Of a DNA stretch of 58,012 nucleotides, positions 19,978 through 27,755 are shown one piece after another (positions within the stretch are counted from its first letter, which is position 1; each line of letters begins with the position of its first letter). The notes below the pieces were generated by a model. That model had not been told where the DNA came from and made no database searches. It worked only from the letters and a program-made list of their open reading frames with translations. The DNA is from a virus (taxonomy: Duplodnaviria > Caudoviricetes). The stretch is from IMG/VR virus record IMGVR_UViG_3300031658_000009, positions 1 through 58,012 of that record. One strand, 5' to 3'. The translations under genes were made by a program, and so were the position numbers.

Positions 19978-20029
19978 GGGTATAGCATGGAGCGCCGAAA
20001 GGTGAAGGATCGTTACCTTCTATATCCCC
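19978..20029 (+). ncRNA. tRNA-like element A (acceptor stem + T-arm, no anticodon arm)
   Basis: GGGTATA/TATATCC 7-bp stem, CGCC-GAAA-GGTG hairpin, GAAGG-ATCGTTA-CCTTC 5-bp arm with 7-nt loop. Confidence 0.55.
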
Positions 20030-20048
20030 TAATTTAAAACCAGTTTCT

Positions 20049-20234
20049 ATGAAAAAAGGTGTTAAGGTAGCATGGCAGTACATGCTCAAAGGCGAACTTG
20101 TAACGGGTTCGATGCAGGTCAGCGAAGGCGCTGATGGTGTAGGTCATGTCGTGGTCAGAGACTGCGAAGGCGATCCGATCAACGGGTCTTGTGAGTATTC
20201 AGCCCTTGACGAGGGTATTCTTGGGGAGTTGTGA
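20049..20234 (+). CDS. Small early protein
   Basis: 61 aa with A/T-rich leader. Confidence 0.6.
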   Translation: MKKGVKVAWQYMLKGELVTGSMQVSEGADGVGHVVVRDCEGDPINGSCEYSALDEGILGEL

Positions 20235-20389
20235 CCGAGTTGGAAAGACTCAAAAAGGCGCATTGCATTATGCGATCTGAGGCCATGCATAACGAGGATG
20301 AGCGGCGCTGCGCTATGGCGCTGCTTATCCAAGTGCATAGCAAGTACGGCACAACAAGCGTAGTAGCGATACGAGAGATTCTAAGGTAA
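20231..20389 (+). CDS. Small early protein (52 aa, not in track)
   Basis: GTG start overlaps previous TGA; MTELERLKKAHCIMRSEAMH...EILR*. Confidence 0.5.
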   Translation: MTELERLKKAHCIMRSEAMHNEDERRCAMALLIQVHSKYGTTSVVAIREILR

Positions 20390-20423
20390 GTACCCTAAAG
20401 GGTAATAAATTAATTTAACGGCT

Positions 20424-20469
20424 TTAACATTTCATTAACGCAATACTTGGAAATATCGCCATTTATTTG
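20424..20469 (+). promoter_or_regulatory. Early promoter cassette, copy 2
   Basis: TTAAC-ATTTCA-TTAAC ... GGAAATATCGCCATTTATTTG; same spacing as copy 1. Confidence 0.75.
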
Positions 20470-20502
20470 CACCAACAATATGAATTAATAAACGAATAGA
20501 TT

Positions 20503-20760
20503 ATGAATGCAAGACAATTGATTGATGGGCTTACCCATATAGCAAAGGACAATGGAGTTAATTTAGAAAACTTACAAGTAAACTATAGGTATGATTTTGA
20601 TTCAGATGTAGTTGAAAATGCTAGTTTTTTATTTTCTATTGGATTATCAGGAAAAACGGACTTACATAAAGTAGACTTTGTCTTTAAAGATTTGTTTGAT
20701 GAAGTGAATAATAACAGGCTAGAGAGCGTAGTCTTAACAACCCTATCCGATGAAAACTAA
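20503..20760 (+). CDS. Early hypothetical protein
   Basis: 85 aa downstream of the promoter cassette. Confidence 0.65.
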   Translation: MNARQLIDGLTHIAKDNGVNLENLQVNYRYDFDSDVVENASFLFSIGLSGKTDLHKVDFVFKDLFDEVNNNRLESVVLTTLSDEN

Positions 20761-21139
20761 TTTCCTAAGCCTACACGAGATAGGCATGACCAAGGCAATG
20801 ATCAGAAAACAGATCGACAGATTCGTTGATGAGATCAGCGTGGATGACGAGAGGATGGAGCAGGTCATGGATGCGTTAACGCTGTTAAACCAGCACGAAG
20901 ACAAGTACACGGCAACGGAGGCGGAAAACCTGCTCTCATGGTACATAACGTCACACGATGAATGTGTTGATGAAAACCAAGAGGGTTTTACCGGGCTTGA
21001 AGTTTACAGAGTAAAGAAGAAGATCGAAGGATACGATAAGGCCATGGATGCTATAGAGTGCATTCGAGGCGAGTGGATGAGCGGAGTTCATGGGTATTCA
21101 CTGGAGCATGATACGTATGAATCTTCAGTGCGAATTTAA
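20750..21139 (+). CDS. Acidic early hypothetical protein
   Basis: 129 aa, overlapping the upstream stop. Confidence 0.7.
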   Translation: MKTNFLSLHEIGMTKAMIRKQIDRFVDEISVDDERMEQVMDALTLLNQHEDKYTATEAENLLSWYITSHDECVDENQEGFTGLEVYRVKKKIEGYDKAMDAIECIRGEWMSGVHGYSLEHDTYESSVRI

Positions 21140-21150
21140 ACGATAATTAT

Positions 21151-21315
21151 ATGGAACCGATACAGATTTGGAATGACTTTTTTAAGTGCCATCAAGATGA
21201 AAGGGCACATAACATGTTTGGTGTTTACTACTTCGAATGCAATGAGCACGAGCAGTTTATGGTACTGCATTCGGTAGATAACATGTATAGGCATTATATT
21301 GAGACGCAACATTAA
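21151..21315 (+). CDS. Small early protein (54 aa, not in track)
   Basis: MEPIQIWNDFFKCHQDERAH...ETQH*. Confidence 0.55.
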   Translation: MEPIQIWNDFFKCHQDERAHNMFGVYYFECNEHEQFMVLHSVDNMYRHYIETQH

Positions 21316-21337
21316 GATCATGTAAGGGCTATGTCCT

Positions 21338-21414
21338 AGGGCACCGTAACAAGGCGAAAGGTTTTGGTTTGGTTTACGCTGTTGTTCTTATAGATTCACG
21401 ATCTATGGTGCCCT
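21338..21414 (+). ncRNA. tRNA-like element B
   Basis: AGGGCACC/GGTGCCCT closing stem; AACAA-GGCG/CGCT-g-TTGTT stem whose loop contains TTGGTTTGGTT; ATAGA-TTCACGA-TCTAT T-arm. Confidence 0.65.
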
Positions 21415-21440
21415 CTAAAGAGAAAAGTTTTTTATTCGCT

Positions 21441-21486
21441 TTAACATTTCATTAACGCATTATCTAAAATTGTCGCCGTTTGTTTG
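21441..21486 (+). promoter_or_regulatory. Early promoter cassette, copy 3
   Basis: TTAAC-ATTTCA-TTAACGCA ... TGTCGCCGTTTGTTTG; same spacing as copies 1 and 2. Confidence 0.7.
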
Positions 21487-21505
21487 TGGCATAAATTATC
21501 GCTCT

Positions 21506-22213
21506 ATGAAAAATCGGATTGTTTGGAAAGAAGGTGAAAACATCTTCGTAGTACGTAAGGGGAAGACATCTAATGATAAGATATCAGATGGTAAGCCCTT
21601 AGTACAGACGTACACATTTAGCGAAAAGCAATGGGTATTGGCGAGTACATCGAAAGGCTTTGGCATGAAGAAGTTTTTCGCATTAGATGGCAGTAACTGC
21701 TTAGATTGTCCGTACTCGGGAAACCAAGGTAAAGGCGGATGCTATACCCATAAGTTTAACCAGTACGTCGGCTTTTTGTCCATGCTCAGAAGTATAAGCA
21801 TAGAAGACCTTACACCTTTGGATCGTGACAAACAACATGAGATCATAAAAATGTCATTCAATACATACGTAAGGTTTGGTACATATGGTGAACCATCGCT
21901 GTTGCCTATTTCATTGATCAACGGCATATCATATGTTGCAGATGGATGGACTGGTTATACTCACCAATGGGAGAAAAAATGGGCTAATGAATATAACAAA
22001 TGGTTTATGGCATCTACTCATGATGCGAAGGAACAACGCAAAGCCCGTACGATTGGCTTTAGAAGTTTTATTGCTACAACAATAGGAACGGAGAAGGCCG
22101 TAAGTTGCCCTGCATCTAAAGAGATGGACTACAAAAGTAACTGCGCCAAATGTGGGCTATGTAGTGGCATGTTAGGCAAGGGAACGAAGGACATTAAGAT
22201 TCTAGAACACTAA
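21506..22213 (+). CDS. Cys-rich phage protein (Gp88-like, possible Fe-S/radical-SAM-like fold)
   Basis: CLDCPY..GGCY, VRFGTYGEP, GYTHQW, CPA..CAKCGLC. Confidence 0.6.
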   Translation: MKNRIVWKEGENIFVVRKGKTSNDKISDGKPLVQTYTFSEKQWVLASTSKGFGMKKFFALDGSNCLDCPYSGNQGKGGCYTHKFNQYVGFLSMLRSISIEDLTPLDRDKQHEIIKMSFNTYVRFGTYGEPSLLPISLINGISYVADGWTGYTHQWEKKWANEYNKWFMASTHDAKEQRKARTIGFRSFIATTIGTEKAVSCPASKEMDYKSNCAKCGLCSGMLGKGTKDIKILEH

Positions 22214-22256
22214 TTTAAACTAACATGGATGGTATTAACACTAAAATTTATAATTT

Positions 22257-22403
22257 ATGCTAAATCAAAACGACCCGTCATTTATGGCAGAGCAAAATGA
22301 ATTCTATTCCGACAAGTGCGGGTATTGTATGGAGTACGTTGGTCATGACGACGAATGTACGAACACGTTCTGCGATGGATATGATATAGAAACAAATATT
22401 TAA
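22257..22403 (+). CDS. Small zinc-finger-like protein (48 aa, not in track)
   Basis: MLNQNDPSF..CGYC..ECTNTFC; stop overlaps the next ATG. Confidence 0.55.
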   Translation: MLNQNDPSFMAEQNEFYSDKCGYCMEYVGHDDECTNTFCDGYDIETNI

Positions 22404-22666
22404 TGCTTATGGATACGAAAACTTATTGTGTTGCACACACATCAAACATGCAAGAAGACAATTACTTGTACGCTTTGGAATCAATGGAAGAAGCGCAGAA
22501 GGTGTTTAAAGGGGTGGTAACCCACATGAAGGAATACGCTACGGAAACATTAGAGGAGAGCGAAAAATCGTTTTATTGTGAAACGGACGAAACATACGAA
22601 CGATGTACAATATTCGTAATCGAGAAGCGAAGCCGAGCGAACGGCGCAATGGGAATATCTATGTAG
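22403..22666 (+). CDS. Hypothetical protein
   Basis: 87 aa ORF in the packed early region. Confidence 0.65.
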   Translation: MLMDTKTYCVAHTSNMQEDNYLYALESMEEAQKVFKGVVTHMKEYATETLEESEKSFYCETDETYERCTIFVIEKRSRANGAMGISM

Positions 22667-22682
22667 GTACTCCTATGTACTT

Positions 22683-22753
22683 GGGGCATCATGTCAAGAC
22701 AATTGGTTTGGTTCATGTTGTTGACTCAGTAGGTTCGTGGCCTACGATGCCCC
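22683..22753 (+). ncRNA. tRNA-like element C
   Basis: GGGGCATC/GATGCCCC closing stem; GTCAA-GACA/TGTT-g-TTGAC stem with loop ATTGGTTTGGTTCA; GTAGG-TTCGTGG-CCTAC T-arm. Confidence 0.7.
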
Positions 22754-22765
22754 CTAATTTAATTA

Positions 22766-23035
22766 ATGCTTATGGAGGATACAAAGGTGTACGTTAAAAG
22801 CGTAAGGTATTTTGAAACACGGAGAGGTTTAGGATACCAATGTAAAACCAATCACGGATTTGAGATTTGGAATGATGGAAGCGGGGGAAGTACCTACATA
22901 GATGGTGCGGGGGTAATGCCTAACAGCATTGTATACGAGATGTTACGAAAGCAATTCCCCGATGCGGACTTACATAGTTACGATATTGAAGAAGCCTTAG
23001 AAGGTTTAATTAATGAATATGAATCAGTTAAATAA
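22766..23035 (+). CDS. Hypothetical protein
   Basis: 89 aa, IWNDGSGGSTY motif. Confidence 0.7.
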   Translation: MLMEDTKVYVKSVRYFETRRGLGYQCKTNHGFEIWNDGSGGSTYIDGAGVMPNSIVYEMLRKQFPDADLHSYDIEEALEGLINEYESVK

Positions 23036-23222
23036 AATGGATGACATTATGATGGACGAATTTGTTACCTTTTGCAAGGAGAGTTGTGAACAACACCCAC
23101 ATTTTAGCGAAACGATCATGGACTATTTCGATTTAGCCATGGATGAGATGGAGCAAGGAGGATCTCAACAACACGAGATCGAACTTGCCGTTAATGATAT
23201 ACAAAGTGTATGTGGATTATGA
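23013..23222 (+). CDS. Small acidic protein
   Basis: Probable start at ATG 23037; D/E-rich. Confidence 0.6.
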   Translation: MNMNQLNKMDDIMMDEFVTFCKESCEQHPHFSETIMDYFDLAMDEMEQGGSQQHEIELAVNDIQSVCGL

Positions 23223-23428
23223 ACGAGCAATTAAGATTGATTAAAGAGATCACCTACAACGTACAGAATGCTTTAGACACTGCGGAATTGTTACACCATA
23301 GTTTTGAGGTACACAAACTGCGTATTGCTATAGAGAAGTTAGCGCTGTTAGAAGTAGATGTGAAGACTGATGTAACTATTGTTGAATTATGCATGAGGGA
23401 TTTATCCTATGCAGGAATAGAAAAATAA
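23210..23428 (+). CDS. Hypothetical protein
   Basis: 72 aa, coupled to neighbours. Confidence 0.6.
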   Translation: MWIMNEQLRLIKEITYNVQNALDTAELLHHSFEVHKLRIAIEKLALLEVDVKTDVTIVELCMRDLSYAGIEK

Positions 23429-23571
23429 TAACTATGATTAATAAAGACTTTGAACCCAAACGTAAACCTTCTATGCTTGTGGAGGCTGTAGCGTGGTTCT
23501 TTTTATACGCACCAATATTCACTTTCTTCTATTGCATTGTGCAGGGGATTAAATACTTGACTGGATCATGA
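23389..23571 (+). CDS. Small membrane protein
   Basis: One hydrophobic segment, AVAWFFLYAPIFTFFYCIV; probable start 23434. Confidence 0.55.
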   Translation: MHEGFILCRNRKIITMINKDFEPKRKPSMLVEAVAWFFLYAPIFTFFYCIVQGIKYLTGS

Positions 23572-23753
23572 TACGTAAATACAGACACATAAGGAATACA
23601 CAGAGGTTTATAGATATGTTGTTTATAGATCAGATCAATCTCACTATAGTTGCCAGTCGATTCGGATGGTCAGATGAGATACAGAATGAACTAACTAATT
23701 CAGCGCTGTTGATTCGTAAGTATCAACGTAGGCTAAGATTAATACGTATGTAA
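23568..23753 (+). CDS. Small basic protein
   Basis: 61 aa, ATGA overlap with the upstream gene. Confidence 0.65.
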   Translation: MIRKYRHIRNTQRFIDMLFIDQINLTIVASRFGWSDEIQNELTNSALLIRKYQRRLRLIRM

Positions 23754-23998
23754 TGGGGGAGTTTCAATTATACAAAAAGGTAGAGGGCATGAAGTATCCT
23801 CAAGAGGACTTGAATATTGAGCGTCATTGGCAACACATGATAACTTATGCGCTTCGTAAATACCAAAGCCCTAGGGAGGCATCAAAGCATCTAGGTATTA
23901 CAGCGAGGACTGTGTTTAGACTCATCAAGAGATACGATATTGATTGGAAAACACCAGACCTACAAGAACTTCCAGAGATAGAACTTTATGATCAATAA
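23753..23998 (+). CDS. Fis-type HTH DNA-binding protein
   Basis: ITYALRKY..PREASKHLGITARTVFRLIKRYDI matches the Fis/NtrC HTH pattern. Confidence 0.75.
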   Translation: MGEFQLYKKVEGMKYPQEDLNIERHWQHMITYALRKYQSPREASKHLGITARTVFRLIKRYDIDWKTPDLQELPEIELYDQ

Positions 23999-24512
23999 AA
24001 AACATATGAAAACTAATTATTTTTACGAGGTGCCGTGTACATATATATACGAGGTAGAGGCAAACTCAGAAGAGGAGGCAAGGAAACTGTTGATAATAGA
24101 TGGAGGTACCAAGATAAAGGGTGTTGCATCTGTATTTCAAGACGCATATCTAAATGCCAAGTTTATTGGGCAGGAAGAGATCGCTATAGTTTACCCATTT
24201 GAAAGAGGTGATACATATTATACAATCGAACAGACTGGAGCAGGGTATGAGGCTTGTGAATCTGTATGGGATGACGTAAGCGAGGCTCTGTATGACATGG
24301 ATCCTGAGTCAGTGTACTTCAAGAGTAAGGGAAATGCTTGGAAAGGTGTAAGACTTATAAATTCAATCGAGAAGTTCGACAAGTATTATGATAGATCAGA
24401 GGATTTTATTGCTTATGAAAGAGGTAGACAGCAACATAACGCTATTAGACTTCTTGCTGATGAATTAAATGAAGCAGGGTCTAATATAATTAACAAATAC
24501 CTTGTCTATTAA
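23988..24512 (+). CDS. Hypothetical protein
   Basis: 174 aa ORF. Confidence 0.7.
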   Translation: MINKKHMKTNYFYEVPCTYIYEVEANSEEEARKLLIIDGGTKIKGVASVFQDAYLNAKFIGQEEIAIVYPFERGDTYYTIEQTGAGYEACESVWDDVSEALYDMDPESVYFKSKGNAWKGVRLINSIEKFDKYYDRSEDFIAYERGRQQHNAIRLLADELNEAGSNIINKYLVY

Positions 24513-24550
24513 CATTATATTGTTTATTATTGTATCAAACAAATTTACAT

Positions 24551-25081
24551 ATGAGTAATACATACCAGTTTAAAACAACAAACATCAAAGGGAAGCAATA
24601 CGTTGAGGTAAATCAACGTGTTAAAGCATTCAGACTATTAAGTGAGTACAGCGGGTACACTCTTCGTACTGATGTAATACAGTTAGATCCCGAGTCTTGT
24701 GTAATTCAAGCAACCATACGGGATAAAAATGAAGTCATTGTCGCTCAAGGCATGGCTCAAGAAGATAAGAGTTCTTCACGTATCAATCAAACATCTTACA
24801 TAGAGAATTGTGAAACATCCGCCATAGGTAGAGCACTTGGGTTCCTAGGTATAGGTATAGAGACATCCATAGCAACGGCCGATGAAGTAGGTATGGCAAT
24901 CGCTAAACAAGATGCTCCAGTACCTAAGGAAAGCCTTAATGAGATATTCAAAAGTAGTGTTGAGTATATCAAAGGAGGTTCCAACAAACCACAACGTGCA
25001 GAAAGACTGTCTCAGATTAAGACAAAGTACGGGAGTACATTGACTAAGAGTCAGTTAGAAAAACTAGACAAGTTATTATGA
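24551..25081 (+). CDS. Single-strand annealing protein (Sak/Rad52-like recombinase)
   Basis: IKGKQYVEVNQRV..ENCETSAIGRALGFLGIG; first gene of an SSAP-exonuclease-SSB cluster. Confidence 0.7.
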   Translation: MSNTYQFKTTNIKGKQYVEVNQRVKAFRLLSEYSGYTLRTDVIQLDPESCVIQATIRDKNEVIVAQGMAQEDKSSSRINQTSYIENCETSAIGRALGFLGIGIETSIATADEVGMAIAKQDAPVPKESLNEIFKSSVEYIKGGSNKPQRAERLSQIKTKYGSTLTKSQLEKLDKLL

Positions 25082-25857
25082 CTGATCAATGGTTTCAATC
25101 CTTAGTCGATAAGACTGGAAAGAAGTATCTCTCTTACTCCTCTATTAAGTTAGCACTTCAAGACATAGCGCTGTTTGAGTTATACATGCAGGGTAAACTA
25201 AAGAAGACATCCCAAGCCTTAACATTCGGTAGCGCTTATGATTGCTTATTGTTTACACCCGAGTTGTTTGATGATCAATTCCACGTACTGGATGATAAGC
25301 AGATTATACTTGAGGTAGGCGGCAAGAATCCACGTGTAACCAAAAGGTATAAAGAATGGAGAGATGCTGAGATTGAAAGTGTAGGTAATAAAGAACTAGT
25401 TACCGAAGCAGATTACACTCAGTGTATAGACATGATCACAAGACTTGATGATAGTGGCGTACGTTCAATATACTTAGAGGGTAAATTTCAAGTAGAGTTT
25501 CTTCAAGAGATAGACTTTGATGGCATAAAGGTGCCAGTACGTGGGTTCTTAGATACTCTAGGAGATGGATTCATTTCAGATTCAAAATCATCACGAAGCA
25601 TTAAGGGATTCTCAAGAGATGTGATCGCTTATGGCTACGATATTCAAGCATACATATACTCTCAAGCCTTTGGGCTTAAGGATTTTTACTGGGTAGTACA
25701 AGAAAAGTCTTACCCGTATTTGCCAGCAGTATATAAAGCATCCGAAGAAACCCTGGACTTCGGTAAAAAGAAGGTTGCTCGGGCACTCAACATAATCAAA
25801 TCGCATTATGAAGAAAGCAAGACAGCCAGTCATTTTTTTATTTCAGGGGAAATTTAA
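25078..25857 (+). CDS. PD-(D/E)XK exonuclease (RecE/exonuclease VIII-like)
   Basis: LSYSSIK..FGSAYD..RGFLD..DSKS..YDIQAYIY..VVQEK. Confidence 0.8.
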   Translation: MTDQWFQSLVDKTGKKYLSYSSIKLALQDIALFELYMQGKLKKTSQALTFGSAYDCLLFTPELFDDQFHVLDDKQIILEVGGKNPRVTKRYKEWRDAEIESVGNKELVTEADYTQCIDMITRLDDSGVRSIYLEGKFQVEFLQEIDFDGIKVPVRGFLDTLGDGFISDSKSSRSIKGFSRDVIAYGYDIQAYIYSQAFGLKDFYWVVQEKSYPYLPAVYKASEETLDFGKKKVARALNIIKSHYEESKTASHFFISGEI

Positions 25858-25868
25858 TCTTAATTGAT

Positions 25869-26165
25869 ATGGATCAAGAAAAGAAGGACATCTACATTGG
25901 ATTTGTAGGTGACAAGAAAGAGTACGACAGCGGTGTCGTGAAGTATGACATCTCTTTTAAAGAGGCTCAACTAGAAGAGTTGAAGAAGTATGTTACCCAA
26001 TCGGGTAATGTAAACATGGACTTTGTTATTAAGTCGGATGGCAATGCATTCTTATCGACGTTCAACCCAAGAGCGCCGAAGAATCAGATGTATGCTAAGA
26101 ACGAGCAGAACACAACAGTTGCGGCAGCAGATGCGGCCAAGGCAGGTGCTGATCTACCGTTTTAA
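25869..26165 (+). CDS. Probable single-stranded DNA-binding protein
   Basis: 98 aa ending in DLPF (SSB C-terminal tail), next to the recombination genes. Confidence 0.65.
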   Translation: MDQEKKDIYIGFVGDKKEYDSGVVKYDISFKEAQLEELKKYVTQSGNVNMDFVIKSDGNAFLSTFNPRAPKNQMYAKNEQNTTVAAADAAKAGADLPF

Positions 26166-26173
26166 TTAATTAA

Positions 26174-26232
26174 GAAAGTGGGGTGTCCTTTGATGGCTTT
26201 GAGCGCTGTTAATTAAAGGCGCCCCCTTTTTT
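26174..26232 (+). terminator. Long hairpin with U-tract after SSB
   Basis: GGGGTGTCCTTTGAT...ATTAAAGGCGCCCC followed by TTTTTT. Confidence 0.55.
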
Positions 26233-26249
26233 AAACTAACACTATTAAT

Positions 26250-26453
26250 ATGGCAGGTAATTTCGGTGACGTAAGTCAAAGTAGTAACAGAGTCCTAGAC
26301 AAAGGACCTAAGAGGTATACTATTACTTTTAATAAGAGAAAAAAAAGATGGCAACTAAAAAAAAGAAACTCAATAGTGTTCAGCGCTACGGAGAAAAAGG
26401 ACGTGGATTTTTGGTACAAGGAAGTGATCAGCAAGAATTGTCTAATATTTTAA
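26250..26453 (+). CDS. Small basic protein
   Basis: 67 aa with A-rich leader. Confidence 0.55.
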   Translation: MAGNFGDVSQSSNRVLDKGPKRYTITFNKRKKRWQLKKRNSIVFSATEKKDVDFWYKEVISKNCLIF

Positions 26454-27001
26454 AGGACACAAAATACTTTGTTGAAATAGGTAGTTGTGACTTTGATACT
26501 TTAAACGATCAACTGGCTACGAAAGGATGGAGCGGAGTTGTTGTTGAACCAATCAAAAAATACTTAGACAATCTAACGAAGAGACCTAATGTGACGTACA
26601 TAAATTGCGCTGTTGACTTTAAGAGAGGTCAGCGTAACATGGATGTGTTTAAAGATGAGTACGTAAACGAAGACAAGGACTTTGCAGGGATGACTTCTTT
26701 TAGTGAGAGAATACTTCCAGTGAATGTCAATAAGGTAGTCAAGCAGATGATACCTACCATTACATATAACGATGTCCTATCCATGAGTAAGGTGCCATGT
26801 ATAGATTATCTGAAAATTGATACAGAAGGTAACGATTTAGTTATACTTAAGACCATTGACTTTAACACACCACAGCGCCCTCGTTTTATTAAGACTGAGC
26901 ACAAGTACTGTGACAGTATAGCGATGCGTGAGTTACTGGAAAGCAACGGATATCTTGTTTACTCAGAGAGCAGTGACATGTACGCAATAGATAGATTGTG
27001 A
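26348..27001 (+). CDS. FkbM-family methyltransferase
   Basis: FVEIGSCD, GVVVEP, INCAV, IDYLKIDTEGND. True start is probably later (near 26438). Confidence 0.85.
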   Translation: MATKKKKLNSVQRYGEKGRGFLVQGSDQQELSNILKDTKYFVEIGSCDFDTLNDQLATKGWSGVVVEPIKKYLDNLTKRPNVTYINCAVDFKRGQRNMDVFKDEYVNEDKDFAGMTSFSERILPVNVNKVVKQMIPTITYNDVLSMSKVPCIDYLKIDTEGNDLVILKTIDFNTPQRPRFIKTEHKYCDSIAMRELLESNGYLVYSESSDMYAIDRL

Positions 27002-27126
27002 TGAGTCAGATGAAACAATTCCTACGCATTGCAAACGCAAGATTAAAAAAGATATACAAGAACAAAGAACAGAGAAGAGCATGGGCTTCTAAGATGTATG
27101 TTCGATGGCTTGACAGAAAGAATTAG
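27001..27126 (+). CDS. Small basic protein (41 aa, not in track)
   Basis: MSQMKQFLRIANARLKKIYKNKEQRRAWASKMY..; TGATG coupling with the FkbM gene. Confidence 0.6.
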   Translation: MSQMKQFLRIANARLKKIYKNKEQRRAWASKMYVRWLDRKN

Positions 27127-27136
27127 TTAATACAAG

Positions 27137-27404
27137 ACAAGAGGAATCTTTACTAATTTTAATTAATAAGGGGTTTATGTTTTACGCACAGCGACATGCT
27201 ATCCCGGGATAGGTGATCGTTACCCGTTCCTTTTGTTAAGTAGGAATGCATTGGAAGAAGCAGGTTATCTTAAACTAATCCCTTGTAGGGAAACACTTTA
27301 GGTTAAATACGCCCTGACTTCTCCCGTGCTTCTCCAAATATATAAGCGAGGTGGATGTACTAATATTATTAGTCTTTACTTGGGGAAGTATCCACCTTGC
27401 TTTT
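27137..27404 (+). ncRNA. Non-coding stretch with three consecutive long stem-loops
   Basis: Stems 27137-146/27227-236, 27251-262/27327-337 and 27346-357/27389-400; G-U pairs indicate the + strand. Confidence 0.5.
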
Positions 27405-27425
27405 AACCTTTAACACCAAAGAGAG

Positions 27426-27533
27426 ATGATAGCAATCGTAATTATACTAATCATGGCGGTAACTCTTATAAGAAGAGAGTACTTAATGATCAGAGATATA
27501 AAAAGAAAAACAAATCGTTACAAAAAGAATTAA
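27426..27533 (+). CDS. Small membrane-anchored peptide (35 aa, not in track)
   Basis: MIAIVIILIMAVTLI followed by a basic tail. Confidence 0.5.
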   Translation: MIAIVIILIMAVTLIRREYLMIRDIKRKTNRYKKN

Positions 27534-27538
27534 GCCAT

Positions 27539-27754
27539 ATGAAAAAATGTAAGTCCGTTAGCAGAAGCGGGATGTGTAAAGAAGTACAGGTTTATGTGGA
27601 CAGAAGATTAGAGTTGTTGAGTTTACTCCATGCTTCTGATGGCACAAAGAGTAAGCATGATCCAGGAGATAAACTTTCATCACTAGTAGGGGGATTGCTA
27701 AAAGAGATAGAAGAAGTTGCTCCAAATTATTACAAGCAAATAAAGATAGACTGA
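27539..27754 (+). CDS. Hypothetical protein
   Basis: 71 aa ORF. Confidence 0.65.
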   Translation: MKKCKSVSRSGMCKEVQVYVDRRLELLSLLHASDGTKSKHDPGDKLSSLVGGLLKEIEEVAPNYYKQIKID

Positions 27755-27755
27755 A

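Noticed and set aside
19978-22753. Canonical tRNA genes
   Set aside because: The elements lack D-arms, a 7-nt anticodon loop and encoded CCA; they are reported as tRNA-like instead.
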